From Octopus sinensis (lineage: Eukaryota), in the NCBI RefSeq assembly GCF_006345805.1, contig NC_043005.1, forward strand, positions 90,706,001 to 90,770,000: a stretch of 64,000 bases of DNA, written 5' to 3'. Position numbers and translations under genes: made by a program. The notes below the pieces were generated by a model. That model saw nothing but the letters and a program-made list of their open reading frames with translations. It did not search any database and had not been told where the DNA came from. Positions 13,831 to 25,936 of this stretch are shown here, piece by piece; position 1 is the first letter of the stretch, and each line of letters starts with the position of its first letter.

Positions 13831-14290
13831 AAGTGGCTAACTGACAGAATCATTAGTGTACCAGGCAAAATGCTTAGCAGTATTTCATCTGTCTTTACAT
13901 TCAGAGTTCAAATTCTGCCAAGGTTGACACTGCCTTTCATCCTTTCAGGATTGATAAAGTAAGTACCAGTTGAGCACTTGGGTCAATGTTTATCAACTCC
14001 GCTCCATCCCCCCAAAACGCTGGTCTTCTACCAAAATTTTAAACTAATATTATACATATCCTATAAAACAGCCGGCTGGCAGAACTATTAGCATGCTGGA
14101 CAAAATGCTTAGAATCATTTCTTACTGCTTTATGTTCTGAGTTCAAATTCCACCAAGGCCATCTTTACCTTTCATCCTTTTGCAGTTGATAGAATAAGTA
14201 CAGTTGAGCACTGGGAATGATGTAAATGATTTCATCACCTCTCAGAATTGTTAGCCTTCTACCAAAATAGGAATAGATTTTACTAATACT
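13831..14290 (+). mobile_element. Two degenerate family A SINE copies
   Basis: Diverged TTCTGAGTTCAAATTC...CTTTCATCCTTT...AAGTAC motifs occur twice. Confidence 0.7.
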
Positions 14291-15286
14291 GTAGTGTTAC
14301 CCACCTTATATGATGAGTAATTTTTGAGGTATACTTTTGCCACTATGGCTAATATCAAAAAATATGGCATACATACAGCAAAAAAAATTTTACTTATATC
14401 AAATCTTATATCAAAATGTTTAAATGGAAACTAATTTTCAAAAGAAATATTTTTTACCTTAAAATTAAATAAAACAAATCACAATCTACTTCATCAAAAA
14501 TCTATTTCTGCAAAATTTCACATTTTTATGTGTATTCTTCAGTAAGTTATCATTGCCTGCCACCGAGCCTAGTATGTGCCCTCATCTTGCTCCTGTTATG
14601 TTAAGTCTCTTTGCATCTCTCTTTTACTCTTTCTCCTCATCTCCCTGTATGATGTAAAGCATGACTTGAGAACTCAACCAACCAACCAAACAACCAGCAT
14701 TTATATCAATCATTTTATATAGATAAAACAAAAGACTAACTGTTCTTCATTTAGTAACTATCAGCAAGGTTTCTTAAGTGTTCAACAACATCCACATTTT
14801 TAAACCTAAGAGCAGTTTCATGTATTCTTTCTTGCATCATTTTTGTACACATTTAAAAAAATTTTCTGCAGTGGTAAATACCCACCTAGATAAAAACCAG
14901 TTAGTTACGTAGAATAAAAACAATTTCCTCAGCATCAAAATGTCAATACCATTGGTTTTTGCATTGAAACAGCAGCACCAAATCATTTGTGCCAAAAGGC
15001 ATCCTAACTCTTCATAGTTTGTCTTAATAACAATTTACAGACTATTTACTATAACATGGCATTTCAATTTCCCATTAGACTTCATTCAGTGCATTTGATA
15101 TGTATATTCCCATTTTTGTTTTCAGACGAGATTTATTTAATATCCAAAATTAAAAATGGAAAAAAGAGGAACAAAGAAAAAAGGAAGGAAGAAAAAAACA
15201 AAAAAAAAGTAAAAGGGAAGAAAATATATAATTTCAGCACCAACTGTCTCAACTGGTTGCACACCACAAGGTTCAATAGAACCTAC

Positions 15287-15453
15287 TGAAGCAAGCCCAC
15301 AATGCTTGTGGTATTACAATGGGTGATGGCAAGGCTAAGGCATTGAAACAACCAAGCACCCTCACAGGCATCACCTGATATCTTGGTAAAGCGAGCCACC
15401 AACAATAACAAGAACTTCACGGTTAGCAGCACAGTTCCTCCAAATGCCACTGT
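15287..15453 (-). CDS. Candidate coding exon, unknown protein
   Basis: atatctttcag acceptor; open frame TVAFGG...IVGLL to CA|gtaggt. An alternative frame SGIWRNCAANREVLVIVGGSLYQDI runs to AG|gtgatg at 15375. Confidence 0.3.
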
Positions 15454-15627
15454 CTGAAAGATATAGTTCACTGACAGATCCCAATACTTAAGGATACTTT
15501 CCTTTGAAGTTGCTTCACTAAAATATAATGTTCCAAGAATGCATCACTGTTATTACTTTTATCCTTTAAATCTCACACAAATTTTTTATTGTACTAAAGT
15601 ATTAGTATTATGCGTACCTTTTCCTTC

Positions 15628-16222
15628 TTTGGACACTAAACACTGCTTGCGAAGACTTGTTGAGGCAAGTGAAATCGAAATCAAATTTGATGACTGGCAT
15701 CCATGCTAGTGGAGTGCAAAGAGCACCATACGAGTGTGATCATTGACAGAGTAGCTAACTGGCTTCCGTGCCAGTGGCATATAAAAGGCACCATTCGAGT
15801 CTGATCGTTACCGTCGCCTTACTGGCACTTGTGCCCCGTGCTAGTAGGGTGCTAAGAACACCATCCAAGCGTGATCATTGCCAGAGCGGCTATCTGGCTT
15901 CCATGCTGGTGGCACGTAAAAGGCACCATTCGAGCGGGATCGTTACCAATGTTGCCTTACTGGCACTTGTGCCGGTGACATGTGTAAAAACATTCAAGCG
16001 AGGTTGTTGCCAGTACTGCCTGACTGGCCCTCGTGCCAGTGGCACATAAAAGCACCCACTACACTCTCAGAGTGGTTGGCATTAGGAAAGGCATCCAGCT
16101 GTAGAAACTCTGCCAGATTCAAGATTGGAGCCTGGTGCAGCCATCTGGTTCGCCAGCCCTCAGTCAAATCGTCCAACCCATGCTAGCATGGAAAGCGGAT
16201 GTTAAACGATGATGATGATGAT
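15628..16222 (+). mobile_element. SINE-like repeat family C with ~135-bp internal repeats and (GAT)n tail
   Basis: Repeated AAAAGGCACCATTCGAG blocks; 3' GGCATCCAGCTGTAGAAA...GTTAAACGATGATGATG; relatives at 18000-18960. Confidence 0.75.
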
Positions 16223-16429
16223 GTTCCAATACTTTTAGTTCTCCAAATGTCAAATCCATTTACAAAGCTAATTTATAAACAATGAAGAAGATAGATGATG
16301 TGGCTATTTTATGTAATCACAGCTTATCAGGAGGGATGTGCTAAATTAGATATAAAATCCTGAAATATATTTAGGTTTTATACACAATCAACCATTAGTC
16401 AGAATCACATTAATATATTTACTATTATA

Positions 16430-16645
16430 AGGTGGTGAGCTGGCTGAAACGTTAGCACGCTGGGCAAAATACTAAGCCGTATTTTGTCTGTCTTTATGTT
16501 CTGAGTTCAAATTTTGGTGAGGTGGACTTTGCCTTTCATCCTTTTGGGGTCAATAAATTAAGTACTAGTTGCATACTGGGGTCAATCTAATCGACTAATC
16601 CCCTCTCCCAAAATTTCAGGCCTTGTGCATAGAGTAGAAAAGAAT
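16430..16645 (+). mobile_element. SINE family A, diverged
   Basis: Head and body motifs as at 11234. Confidence 0.8.
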
Positions 16646-17271
16646 ATATGTACTATTATTTATAGTTTTAGCTACTTCAAGTGCAACCATTCAAAATAAT
16701 TTCATGTATCTACATTTCTAAATTTTTATGATATAAACAACATACTATTCTCACTGGTAAAAACAACGCTTCTAAAATGGGTTGAAACTTTTAAGGCTTG
16801 TTTTCATACAATGGTAGAATGTCTGTCATGGTTGCAGAAGATGTGGGTTCAAGTCCCACGGGCAGTGTCCGGTTTTTAAAATTTAATATTTACATTCTAT
16901 TATTTATAGCTTTATCCACTTCAAGTCTTCTCATTCCAAAAAAAAAAAAAAAAAATAATTTCATATCTTAAAATAAATATGTTGCTCTTAAAAACCATTT
17001 TAGCTGATTACTTATATGCATACAAGTTTGTCTCCCCTTGATTTACAGCAAAGTAATAATGCGTTGGATGTTAACAACCTGTTATAAATTGAGGTCTAAA
17101 TTACCATGTGAGAGGATTTGCTAGACAGAAAATGAAAGAATCACATTGTATTTCTGTATAGCGTAAGCTATGGACACATAAGAGGTGCATCAATATCAAA
17201 GGAAGGCTAACTGGGAGGATAGCTTTTGTATGTGGCAGTTGCTCAGGAGCTATAAATAATACTGCAAATGA

Positions 17272-17336
<65 letters not shown>

Positions 17337-17536
17337 CACATTGGATTTCTGTATATATATATATATTGATTGGCGATTTCTTTTCCTTCTTTCAACTTTT
17401 CCCTTTCTCCTTTCTAGGGAAGAGCTATGCTAAAAACCACAGAACTCTCTCGTTTTACTGAGCATCAGGCTAATACATTCCTTGTGCATATCTTCTTGTT
17501 GCTTGTTAATTTTATCATTTGTTTATTTGAATTGTC

Positions 17537-17589
<53 letters not shown>

Positions 17590-17990
17590 TCTTTACTCTT
17601 TTACTCTTTTACTTGTTTCAGTCATTTGACTGTGGCCATGCTGGAGCACCACCTTTAGTCAAGCAAATCGGCCCCGGGACTTATTCTTTGTAAGCTTAGT
17701 ACTTGTTCTATCAGTCTCCTTTGCCAAACCGCTAAGTGACGGAGACATAAACACAACAGCATCAGTGGTCAAGCAATACTAGGGGAACAAACACAGACAC
17801 ACATACACACATATATATATGTATATACATATATATGACAGGCTTCTTTCTGTTTCCGTCTACCAAATCCACTCACAAGGCTGTGGTCGCCCCGAGGTTA
17901 TAGTAGAAGACACTTGCCCAAGATACCACGCAGTGGGAATGAACCCGGAACCATGTGGTTGGTAAGCAAGCTACTTACCACACAGCCACT
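17590..17990 (-). mobile_element. SINE family B
   Basis: Colinear with 10661-11064. Confidence 0.85.
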
Positions 17991-18584
17991 CATATATTTG
18001 TTTACTTATGTGTGTCTCTTTGTCTTGGTGTTGCATGATAGTTGTGAACGAATATTACTGTCAGGCAAGCAAGGACCTTTGTTCATCTTTTGTGGAAACA
18101 TGTCTGGTCATGAAGAATTATTTCCTTACTTGAAAACAGGTGAGGATTGGTGATAAGAAGAGCATCCAGCCGTGGAAATCCACCTCAACAAAATTCCATC
18201 CAACCCATGCAAGCATGGTAAAGCAGACATTAAAAGCTATAATGATGTATTTAATAACAAAAATCTCTAGAAATGAGTTTTTCTCGAAAGAAATCAAAGT
18301 CTTTACAGTGAAAAAAGGGATAAAATTACTGAAACTTTGAAGTATCAAAATTAGTGTTCAGCTTGATGCCATATCTAATATAGGAAAATATGAACAGAGC
18401 GGCTAACCGGCTTCCATGCCTGTGACACATAAAAGGCACCATTTGAGTGTGATCGCTACCAGCGTCGCCTTACTGGCACTTGTGCCCGTGCTAATAGGGT
18501 GCTAAGAGCACCATCCGACTGTGATCGTTGCCAGAGCGGCTAACTGGCTTCCATGCTGGTGGCACGTAAAAGGCACCATTCGAG

Positions 18585-18817
18585 CAACTGAAGTCAGGTA
18601 TAACAGCATGCATGTTATCTGCACAATTTCATGATTAAACAATGGATTGTGAGTTCATATGAATCCGAGGTGGTGTCAAAAAATTCCCGCACTAGTTATC
18701 TTTAATATAAAGGTTTTAACATCATCACCTTCGAAATAGTCACTACACGCAGCAATACACTGGTCCCAGCGTTCCTGTCACTTACGGAATCCGGCCTTGA
18801 AGTCGTTTCCATAAGCA
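18585..18817 (+). repeat. 233-bp duplicate of 21369-21602 inserted in a family C repeat
   Basis: About 97% identical by eye; includes a mariner 3' end plus unique flank. Confidence 0.92.
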
Positions 18818-19886
18818 TCTGGTTCGTCAGCCCTCATGGAAAGCAGACGTTAAACTTTTACATGCCAATGGAGGCCAGATAGCCACTCTGGCAACGATCA
18901 CGCTTGGATGGTGCTCTTAATACCCTACTAGCACAGGGCTCGAGTACCAGTAAGGCACACCATGAAACTAGGAAACTGGCCCCTATGAGTCACTGTGACT
19001 CAAGAAGGCAATTTTACTGTTACCTTGTTCTAATCATTCACCAAAGAAACATTACAATTTTGATTGTTCAATTAGAAGATTATGATTACACATACCACTG
19101 GCCCGTTCATGGGAATATCAGTCCACATAATATCAAATGTATAGCGTTACATATATCTATTATAGAAAGATGGAGAAAAGTTCTAACATTGCTAGTAGGA
19201 TTTGAGTTCAGAGTTCAAACCCAACAGAGGTAGACTTGAACATTACCTTTTATTATGCTTGATTAGCTAAACACCAGGTAATGTATTGGAGAAATGAACA
19301 ATGTCATGACTATTTCCTTCCTTTATGACTTTGTAAATTGGCCAATAAATATTTGGAGCAAAATCTAGTAACATTTTCTTTCGGTGACATATGGCACTTC
19401 AAAAAACATATTGGCTGTTTTTGAAAAGAAACAAAATGATTTAGGCGTTAATTGATAGTCATCTCTCTGTAATGTTGGACCACAGAGGATAAATGAGGCT
19501 TCAATCCTTCATTTGGGTTAAAATTCAATGAAGCTTTGTGTTTCTACAGGATGGGATTATAAAGCAAAAATACAATTCAAAAGTCATCTAGATGTTGAAA
19601 TTCTCGTTATGTTTATTGAAAGAGCGAAATACATATTTTACATTCGATATCAAATCACTATAATAAGTTTTCTATATGTTGTCTTCAAGCAAGATAAAAA
19701 GAACACAACTCCATCATATAATCATTCAGAAAAAATTATTCTGCTTTATTTTTAGCCATGAATCTTCTGTGTATTATCCGTGTATAATTAAACACATACA
19801 TGCAACTTTTAAGCAATAGCCTACGTGCCACGAACGTTGGTTTTAGTCTAGTACAAGTAATAAGCGACGTTTTATTTTATGATAGA

Positions 19887-20271
19887 CTAGTAGTATTGCT
19901 CAGCGTTGCTCAGGTTTGTTTCGACCCTTTAGAATTGGAATTTTTGAAAAGCAAAAATTTTGCATCATGTAGCTTGTTAAGTGAACATTTTTCTGGTTGA
20001 AATACACCGAAAAATGGCGACACGGCAGTCAAAAAATCGTAAAAAATGAGGATTTTCATAGAAAAAAAGCACCATTTTGATGTAAATAATTTTTGGTGTT
20101 AACATGGTCCGATTTTAATTTTGTCTTTTACGGAAGGAAGAGCAAGCCTTCTTCTATCATACTCTCAATTTTGGTCAACTTGCGCCGCAGGGTCTCGGAG
20201 GAGATAGTGTTAGTTGAAGGCTACCAAACCTGCCATGCACAGACAACTTCAGCTATATATATATAGAAAGA
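19887..20271 (-). mobile_element. Non-autonomous Helitron, copy 2
   Basis: TC...CTAG ends, A|T target, colinear with copy 1. Confidence 0.82.
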
Positions 20272-20771
20272 TTTATTCCTAAAAAAATAAAAAATCTTTA
20301 CGAACAAGGGGAGCAACTTATTTAATAGCAAATTCTTGTTGCTGCCCCTACTTCTTGTTGTGTAAAGGAGTTATCATCCTTTGCAGTTGTAGCCGTGTGA
20401 GATATTTTATAAAAAGAAAATCCCATTGCTACCGACTGAACTAAAATCTTTATTACATTAAAAATATAAACAAGTAACGATGCGGACGGGTGGGTGGGTT
20501 GTCGACTTTATAAAGTTATGAAATTGAATTTGCAATATAGCCATTTACATTTAACGTTTAGAAGAAGGGATATACTCACCGTAAATTGCAGCTTGCAAAT
20601 CAATTTATCAAGCCTGAGAAAATATCTCCGATTCGATTTATACATCAAGAATTTTATGTAAACCTTTACTGCAGGGTGGTCAACCAATGGAACAGCATTT
20701 CTAAAAATTGCTGTACACTGCTTACTAGAAATATGTCTGGCTAAAACTCGTGTTTGGTGAACATATTTAAT

Positions 20772-21037
20772 ATATTTGTTTGTTCCTTCTCGAGCCACGC
20801 TTGGTTCGTTAGGGCCGGCTTCCCGGTTTCCTTGGCGTATAGGTTCCCACCAGGTGCACTGCAAGATGCAGGAAAGAGCGAAAGAGTCAGCAGAAGTTCG
20901 CCATTACCTTCTGCCGGAGTCGCGTGGAGCTTAGGTGTTTCGCTCGTAAACACACACATCACCCGGTCTGAGTTTCGAACCCTCGATCCCTCGACCGCGA
21001 ATCCGCTGCTTTAACCACTAGGCCATGTGCCTCCACA
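20772..21037 (-). mobile_element. tRNA-derived SINE, family D
   Basis: A box TGGCCTAGTGG and B box GGTTCGAAAC; inverted relative of 23103-23392. Confidence 0.82.
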
Positions 21038-21448
21038 TTTAATATACTTATTTAGAGTTTAATATAAAATAATGGGATCTTTTCTGCTTGGCTATAAATA
21101 TTCAATCACTTCAATTTCTATTCGAATTGATTTCATATTCAGTGTAATGATATACTTTTATATGCTAGTCAATGCCATGAAAATCCTTTTCGCCATAAAT
21201 CAATAAATAAAGAGTTATTGGCTATTAAAGGTTGAAAATTTTGAGTAATTTGGGCAGTCAAACAGAAAAGATCCGAATAATGTGATGGTAATACAAATTT
21301 AGTATTGTCTTAATGTTACAGCGCATGCTGTTTCCAAAAGCTGATGCACTGACCGTACACACTCTACCCAACTGAAGTCAGGTATAACAGCATGCATGTT
21401 ATCTGCACAATTTCATGATTAAACAATGGATTGTGAATTCATATGAAT

Positions 21449-21680
21449 CCGAGGTGGTGTCAAAAAATTCCCGCACTAGTTATCTTTAATACAAAGGTTT
21501 TAACATCATCACCTTCGAAATAGTTACTACGCGCAGCAATACATCTGTTCCAGCGTTCCTGTCACTTACGGAATCCGGCCTTGAAGTCGTTTTCCATAAG
21601 CAAGTCGAGGACTTTCTGCGCTTCGCTCTGGATCTTGACAAAAGTGTTCAGACGGTGACCTTTGAGTTGCCTTTCATCTT
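21449..21680 (-). mobile_element. Mariner transposase 3' end with terminal repeat
   Basis: PKMK..LKGHR...QKVLDLLMENDFKAGFRK*QERWNRCIAARSNYFEGD matches the mariner C-terminus. Confidence 0.8.
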
Positions 21681-21769
21681 GGAGAAGAGATGGAAACACG
21701 ACCAACTGAGACTATGATTAATATCCAACCGTCTAATATCCAACCGTCTTATTCTCTTGTCGCGTGTCC

Positions 21770-21950
21770 ATCATACCAGAGCTGTGATCTCAATGCAGAG
21801 AAGAAGTGGCTCGACCTGGAGGGAGCCCCTGATCTCCAAGCTATGCATCTTGTCGAGGAACGTTACTCTGGAGACCCTTCGGAGGAACCTCATTTCGGCC
21901 GCTTGTATTCGCGATCATATTCTTTCGGTCCTTACCTAAAATTCTTCACT
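21770..21950 (-). mobile_element. RTE-clade LINE fragment
   Basis: SRIQAAEMRFLRRVSRVTFLDKM...VEPLLLCIE. Confidence 0.75.
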
Positions 21951-22285
21951 AGAGTTGAGGACAGACACAAAAACCTTTCAAAACTATTTAAAAACTCTAT
22001 GTAGAGTAGAATGAATTAAATGCAGGTATCAGCACATACACCGTTGTGCATATTAGATTGATCAGTTTAACTGTGCAAGTTTGTCTACGATTGTTATAAG
22101 CTTCTAATAGATCACTCCGCTATTTTTCTGCCAACAGTGAGAGAAAACTTGTGGTGAAACCAATTCATTCACTTTTCATAGCGAATCGAAAATTGTGGAT
22201 TTACATTTTTTTTAAGAGCAAAAAAAAGGTACAGCTTATGTTTCAAGGTATGCGTGGGTGTGTGAGCATGTAATGTATGTATGTA

Positions 22286-22650
22286 TACTCTTTTACTTGT
22301 TTCAGTCATGTGACTGTGACCATGCTGTAGCACCACCTTTAGTCGGACAAATCGACCCCAGGACTTATTCTTTGTAAGCCTAGTACTTATTCTATCGGTG
22401 TCTTTTGCCGAACCGCTAAGTTACGGGGACGTAAACACACCAGCATCTGTTGTTGGGGGGACAAACACAGACACACAAACATATACACACACACATACAT
22501 ATATATACGACAGGCTTCTTTTCAGTTTCCGCCTACCAAATCCACTCACAAGGCTTTGGTCGGCCCGAGGCTATAGTTGAAGACATTTGCCCAAGGTGCC
22601 ACTGAACCCAGAACCATATGGTTCGTAAGCAAACGACTTACCACGCAGCC
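22286..22650 (-). mobile_element. SINE family B
   Basis: Colinear with 10661-11064. Confidence 0.85.
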
Positions 22651-22693
22651 GTATGTCTAGGTAAATATGTGTATGTATGCATGTATGTGTGTT

Positions 22694-22724
<31 letters not shown>

Positions 22725-23009
22725 ATGTGTGTGTATGTATATGTATGTATATGTATATATGTGTATGTATGCATGCATGTGTGTTTGTGTGTGTGCGTAT
22801 GTATGTATGTATGTATGTATGTATGTACGTATGCACGTATATGCATGTATTACCTACCCAAATTCATTCATTGAATCCTGTTATGGAAACAACAAAGCAC
22901 TTTAAGGATCTGAGTACCGAACTACAGTTGGTGACAATGGCAGAGCAAAACCATCCTACACAATCTCAGTGAAATAATTTAAAAAAATACATGTTATATA
23001 CATAGCTAA

Positions 23010-23055
<46 letters not shown>

Positions 23056-23102
23056 TGTGCGTGTGTGTGTGTGTGTGTGTGAATTATATTATATTACATT
23101 GG

Positions 23103-23392
23103 GGAGACACATGGCCTAGTGGTTAGAGAAGCGGAATCGCGGTCGAGGGATCACGGGTTCGAATCTGAGACCGGGCGATGCGTGTGTTTATGAGCGAAGT
23201 ACCTAAGCTCCACGCGGCTCCGGCAGAAGGTAATGGCGAACTTCTGCTGACTTTTTCGCCACAACTTTTTCTCACTCTTTCCTCCTGCATCTAGCAGCTG
23301 ACTGGCGTCTCGTCCAGGTGGGGAAACTATACACCACTGAAACCGGGAAACCGGCCCTTCTGAGCCAGGTATGGCTCGAGAAGGAACAAACA
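23103..23392 (+). mobile_element. tRNA-derived SINE, family D
   Basis: TGGCCTAGTGG A box, GGTTCGAATC B box, 3' GCTCGAGAAGGAACAAACAA. Confidence 0.82.
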
Positions 23393-24228
23393 ACATAATA
23401 TATTTTCTTATATTATATGTATAAAACAAAACATGAAAATGACAATTTTTTGGCATTATTTTTCTGCATTGTTGTCCATTATACAGACGAGTAATTATCT
23501 TCGTAATTCCTATTAGCAAATGAAACACGTGTCATGGAAAATATATAATGCCAAAAGTTTCCCACTTTCCTGTTTTGTTATACAATAACTCTGAAAATAA
23601 CATTTCCTTTATTCTGTAGCGGACTCTCTTTCTCTCTGTTATATATACATGAGTACGGACGTAGTAGATAACAGCTAGCCTTCGGTCACCCTTTTGCACC
23701 TTGTTGTGCCCACTACTCTGGTTGGTATAGGCGCAATTTTGTCTCTTGCTCTATTACGTGCCAATGTACAACCCAACCAATCACAGCCTTCTGATAAGGT
23801 CCCGTGATACAGTCTCTTCTAAACCTCAGTTTGCGCCGATAGAATGGTATAAATGCTAGCTTCAATACCGTTTTTAGTCATGGAGAAACATCAACACTCG
23901 ACCAACAGCATACGGCAATCTCCTTCTTCGTCGCCTCCGTCATCTTAACGTCGTCAACAACATCTCTCTACGTACACAGCAACCAGCAACACCCACCCAG
24001 GTTCTATTTCCTCACTGTTTGTGAATTACTTCACTATGGTTAACAGCAAGCACAACCTGCGAGAACTTGCTGTATCAAGTGTCCGGCAGCAGCATAGTGG
24101 CCACAACTTCTTAAACGACATGTGCCTCAACCGGCTTTGATTCTTCGCCACAACTTCTTGTTAGAGCATCTTAACTATTGTTAAGAAGGAGGGGGAAAGA
24201 TGGAAAATAAAGAGGATTATAGAGGGGC

Positions 24229-24266
<38 letters not shown>

Positions 24267-24570
24267 GGAACGGAGAGAGTTGCAGAAATTATGAATAAAA
24301 GTAAAAATTCGACAACTGAAGAAGGGTTAGACTTCTCTTGGTACTTGTCCTGTACATGTCTCTCATGTGTTTACGCATTTTTCACTTGTTGGTGATGTCC
24401 TGTTTTTATTGCATATCTTTTGGTGATTTGTCCTGTACTTATCACTGGTAATTTTCACTCGTTATATAAATGGAGGTGTAGTCAAATCCTATTTTATGGA
24501 CTCAACCATGCTTTAAAATAAGTCGAAAGGCAAGCTACTATAAATCGGGACGAACTTTCCGGACAACCCA

Positions 24571-24661
<91 letters not shown>

Positions 24662-24723
24662 CATACATACATACATACATACATACATACATACATACAT
24701 ACATACATACATACATACATACA

Positions 24724-25364
24724 TTATGGCTGCCCCCTCGTTATCGAGTATGGCCATTGCACGAAGCTTAACTGTTACTGGTGCAGTGATCGAATGTGAC
24801 TTTTTAGCCCAGCTAAAGATCTACAATGTCTTGTACAAAATTGGCAACTAAAACCTTTACTGGTAATATCTGTCTGTAGTTGTAACTGGGCTTCATGTAC
24901 CTTTGCATGTCGTTTAAGTCCTCCGGCCGAATTACACTCTCTTCCACATGCCCGACAGATATGATTAGTATGGTGTGTTACACCACCACCAGTGGCCAGG
25001 TTGTCACTCATCTGTCTCGTTTTATGACTGCGAAGATGACTCATGAGTCCAGCTTTACTGAGGCAGGGTCTTGCACAGACATTGCATGTCAGAATCAAAG
25101 GAAGACCCTTCCCTTCTGGAAGTGTAACAGCGATGCCCTTCCTGACATCCCTCCTTACTTTCTCATGTGCAACTCGAGATTTCTCAAACGTGGCTGTCCC
25201 CTCATGCACAATCCTTCTCCACCTGCAACGATCAATAGCTATGCCTTCCCATGTGTCAGGAGAGATGCAAGCATCTCTTAAGGAAGCCTTCAGCAAGTCC
25301 TTATACCTCTTTTTTGGTTTATGTGGAGGTCGTTCTCCTTTAGCTAATTCTCCATAAAAGAGTT
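24724..25364 (-). mobile_element. RTE-clade LINE 3' end with three C2H2 zinc fingers
   Basis: QLFYGELAKGERPPHKPKKRYKDLLKASL...DRCRWR then three C-x2-C-x12-H-x3/4-H fingers; short 3' UTR and (TGTA)n tail; (TACA)n on both sides. Confidence 0.85.
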
Positions 25365-25365
25365 G

Positions 25366-25396
<31 letters not shown>

Positions 25397-25422
25397 CATA
25401 CATACATACATACATACATACA

Positions 25423-25454
<32 letters not shown>

Positions 25455-25459
25455 ATATA

Positions 25460-25870
25460 TTAGGCTGTCAAGTATGAAATTTGTCGAAAGGGAAAAAAAG
25501 TTTGTTAATGTTTTATAAATACAAGGAATAGTTTTACTCATCAAAGTATGCACCCATATTGTCAATACACTTTTGCTATTTCAGCGATACCTTGTCCAGC
25601 CCGGAACTGTAAAAGCCTGGCAGTCTAGAGTCAATAAAATCTTGGAAGGCCTGTTTTACAGCTTCGTCGGAATTAATTTTTTTCCTATCAAAAGTTATCC
25701 AAATTCTGGAAGAAGTGGTAGTCAGTGGAGGAAAGATCCGGTGAGTATGGTGGATGATGGAGAACTTCCAGCTCCAACTCCTGTAGTTTCGCCAATGTCA
25801 TTTTTGCAATGTGTGGTCTGGCGTTGTCTTGCCATAAAATAGGAGTGGATATGTTGACTAATCTAGGCTG

Positions 25871-25936
<66 letters not shown>

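Noticed and set aside
18040-18140. Exon-like plus segment ending ACAG|GTGAGG
   Set aside because: It is continuous with the 3' part of a family C-like repeat (GCATCCAGCCGT...CCCATGCAAGCATGG), so it is treated as repeat-derived.
23614-24180. GC-richer segment with CCAAT and TATA-like motifs, possible solo LTR or promoter
   Set aside because: No TG..CA pair with TSD and no second copy, so it cannot be supported.
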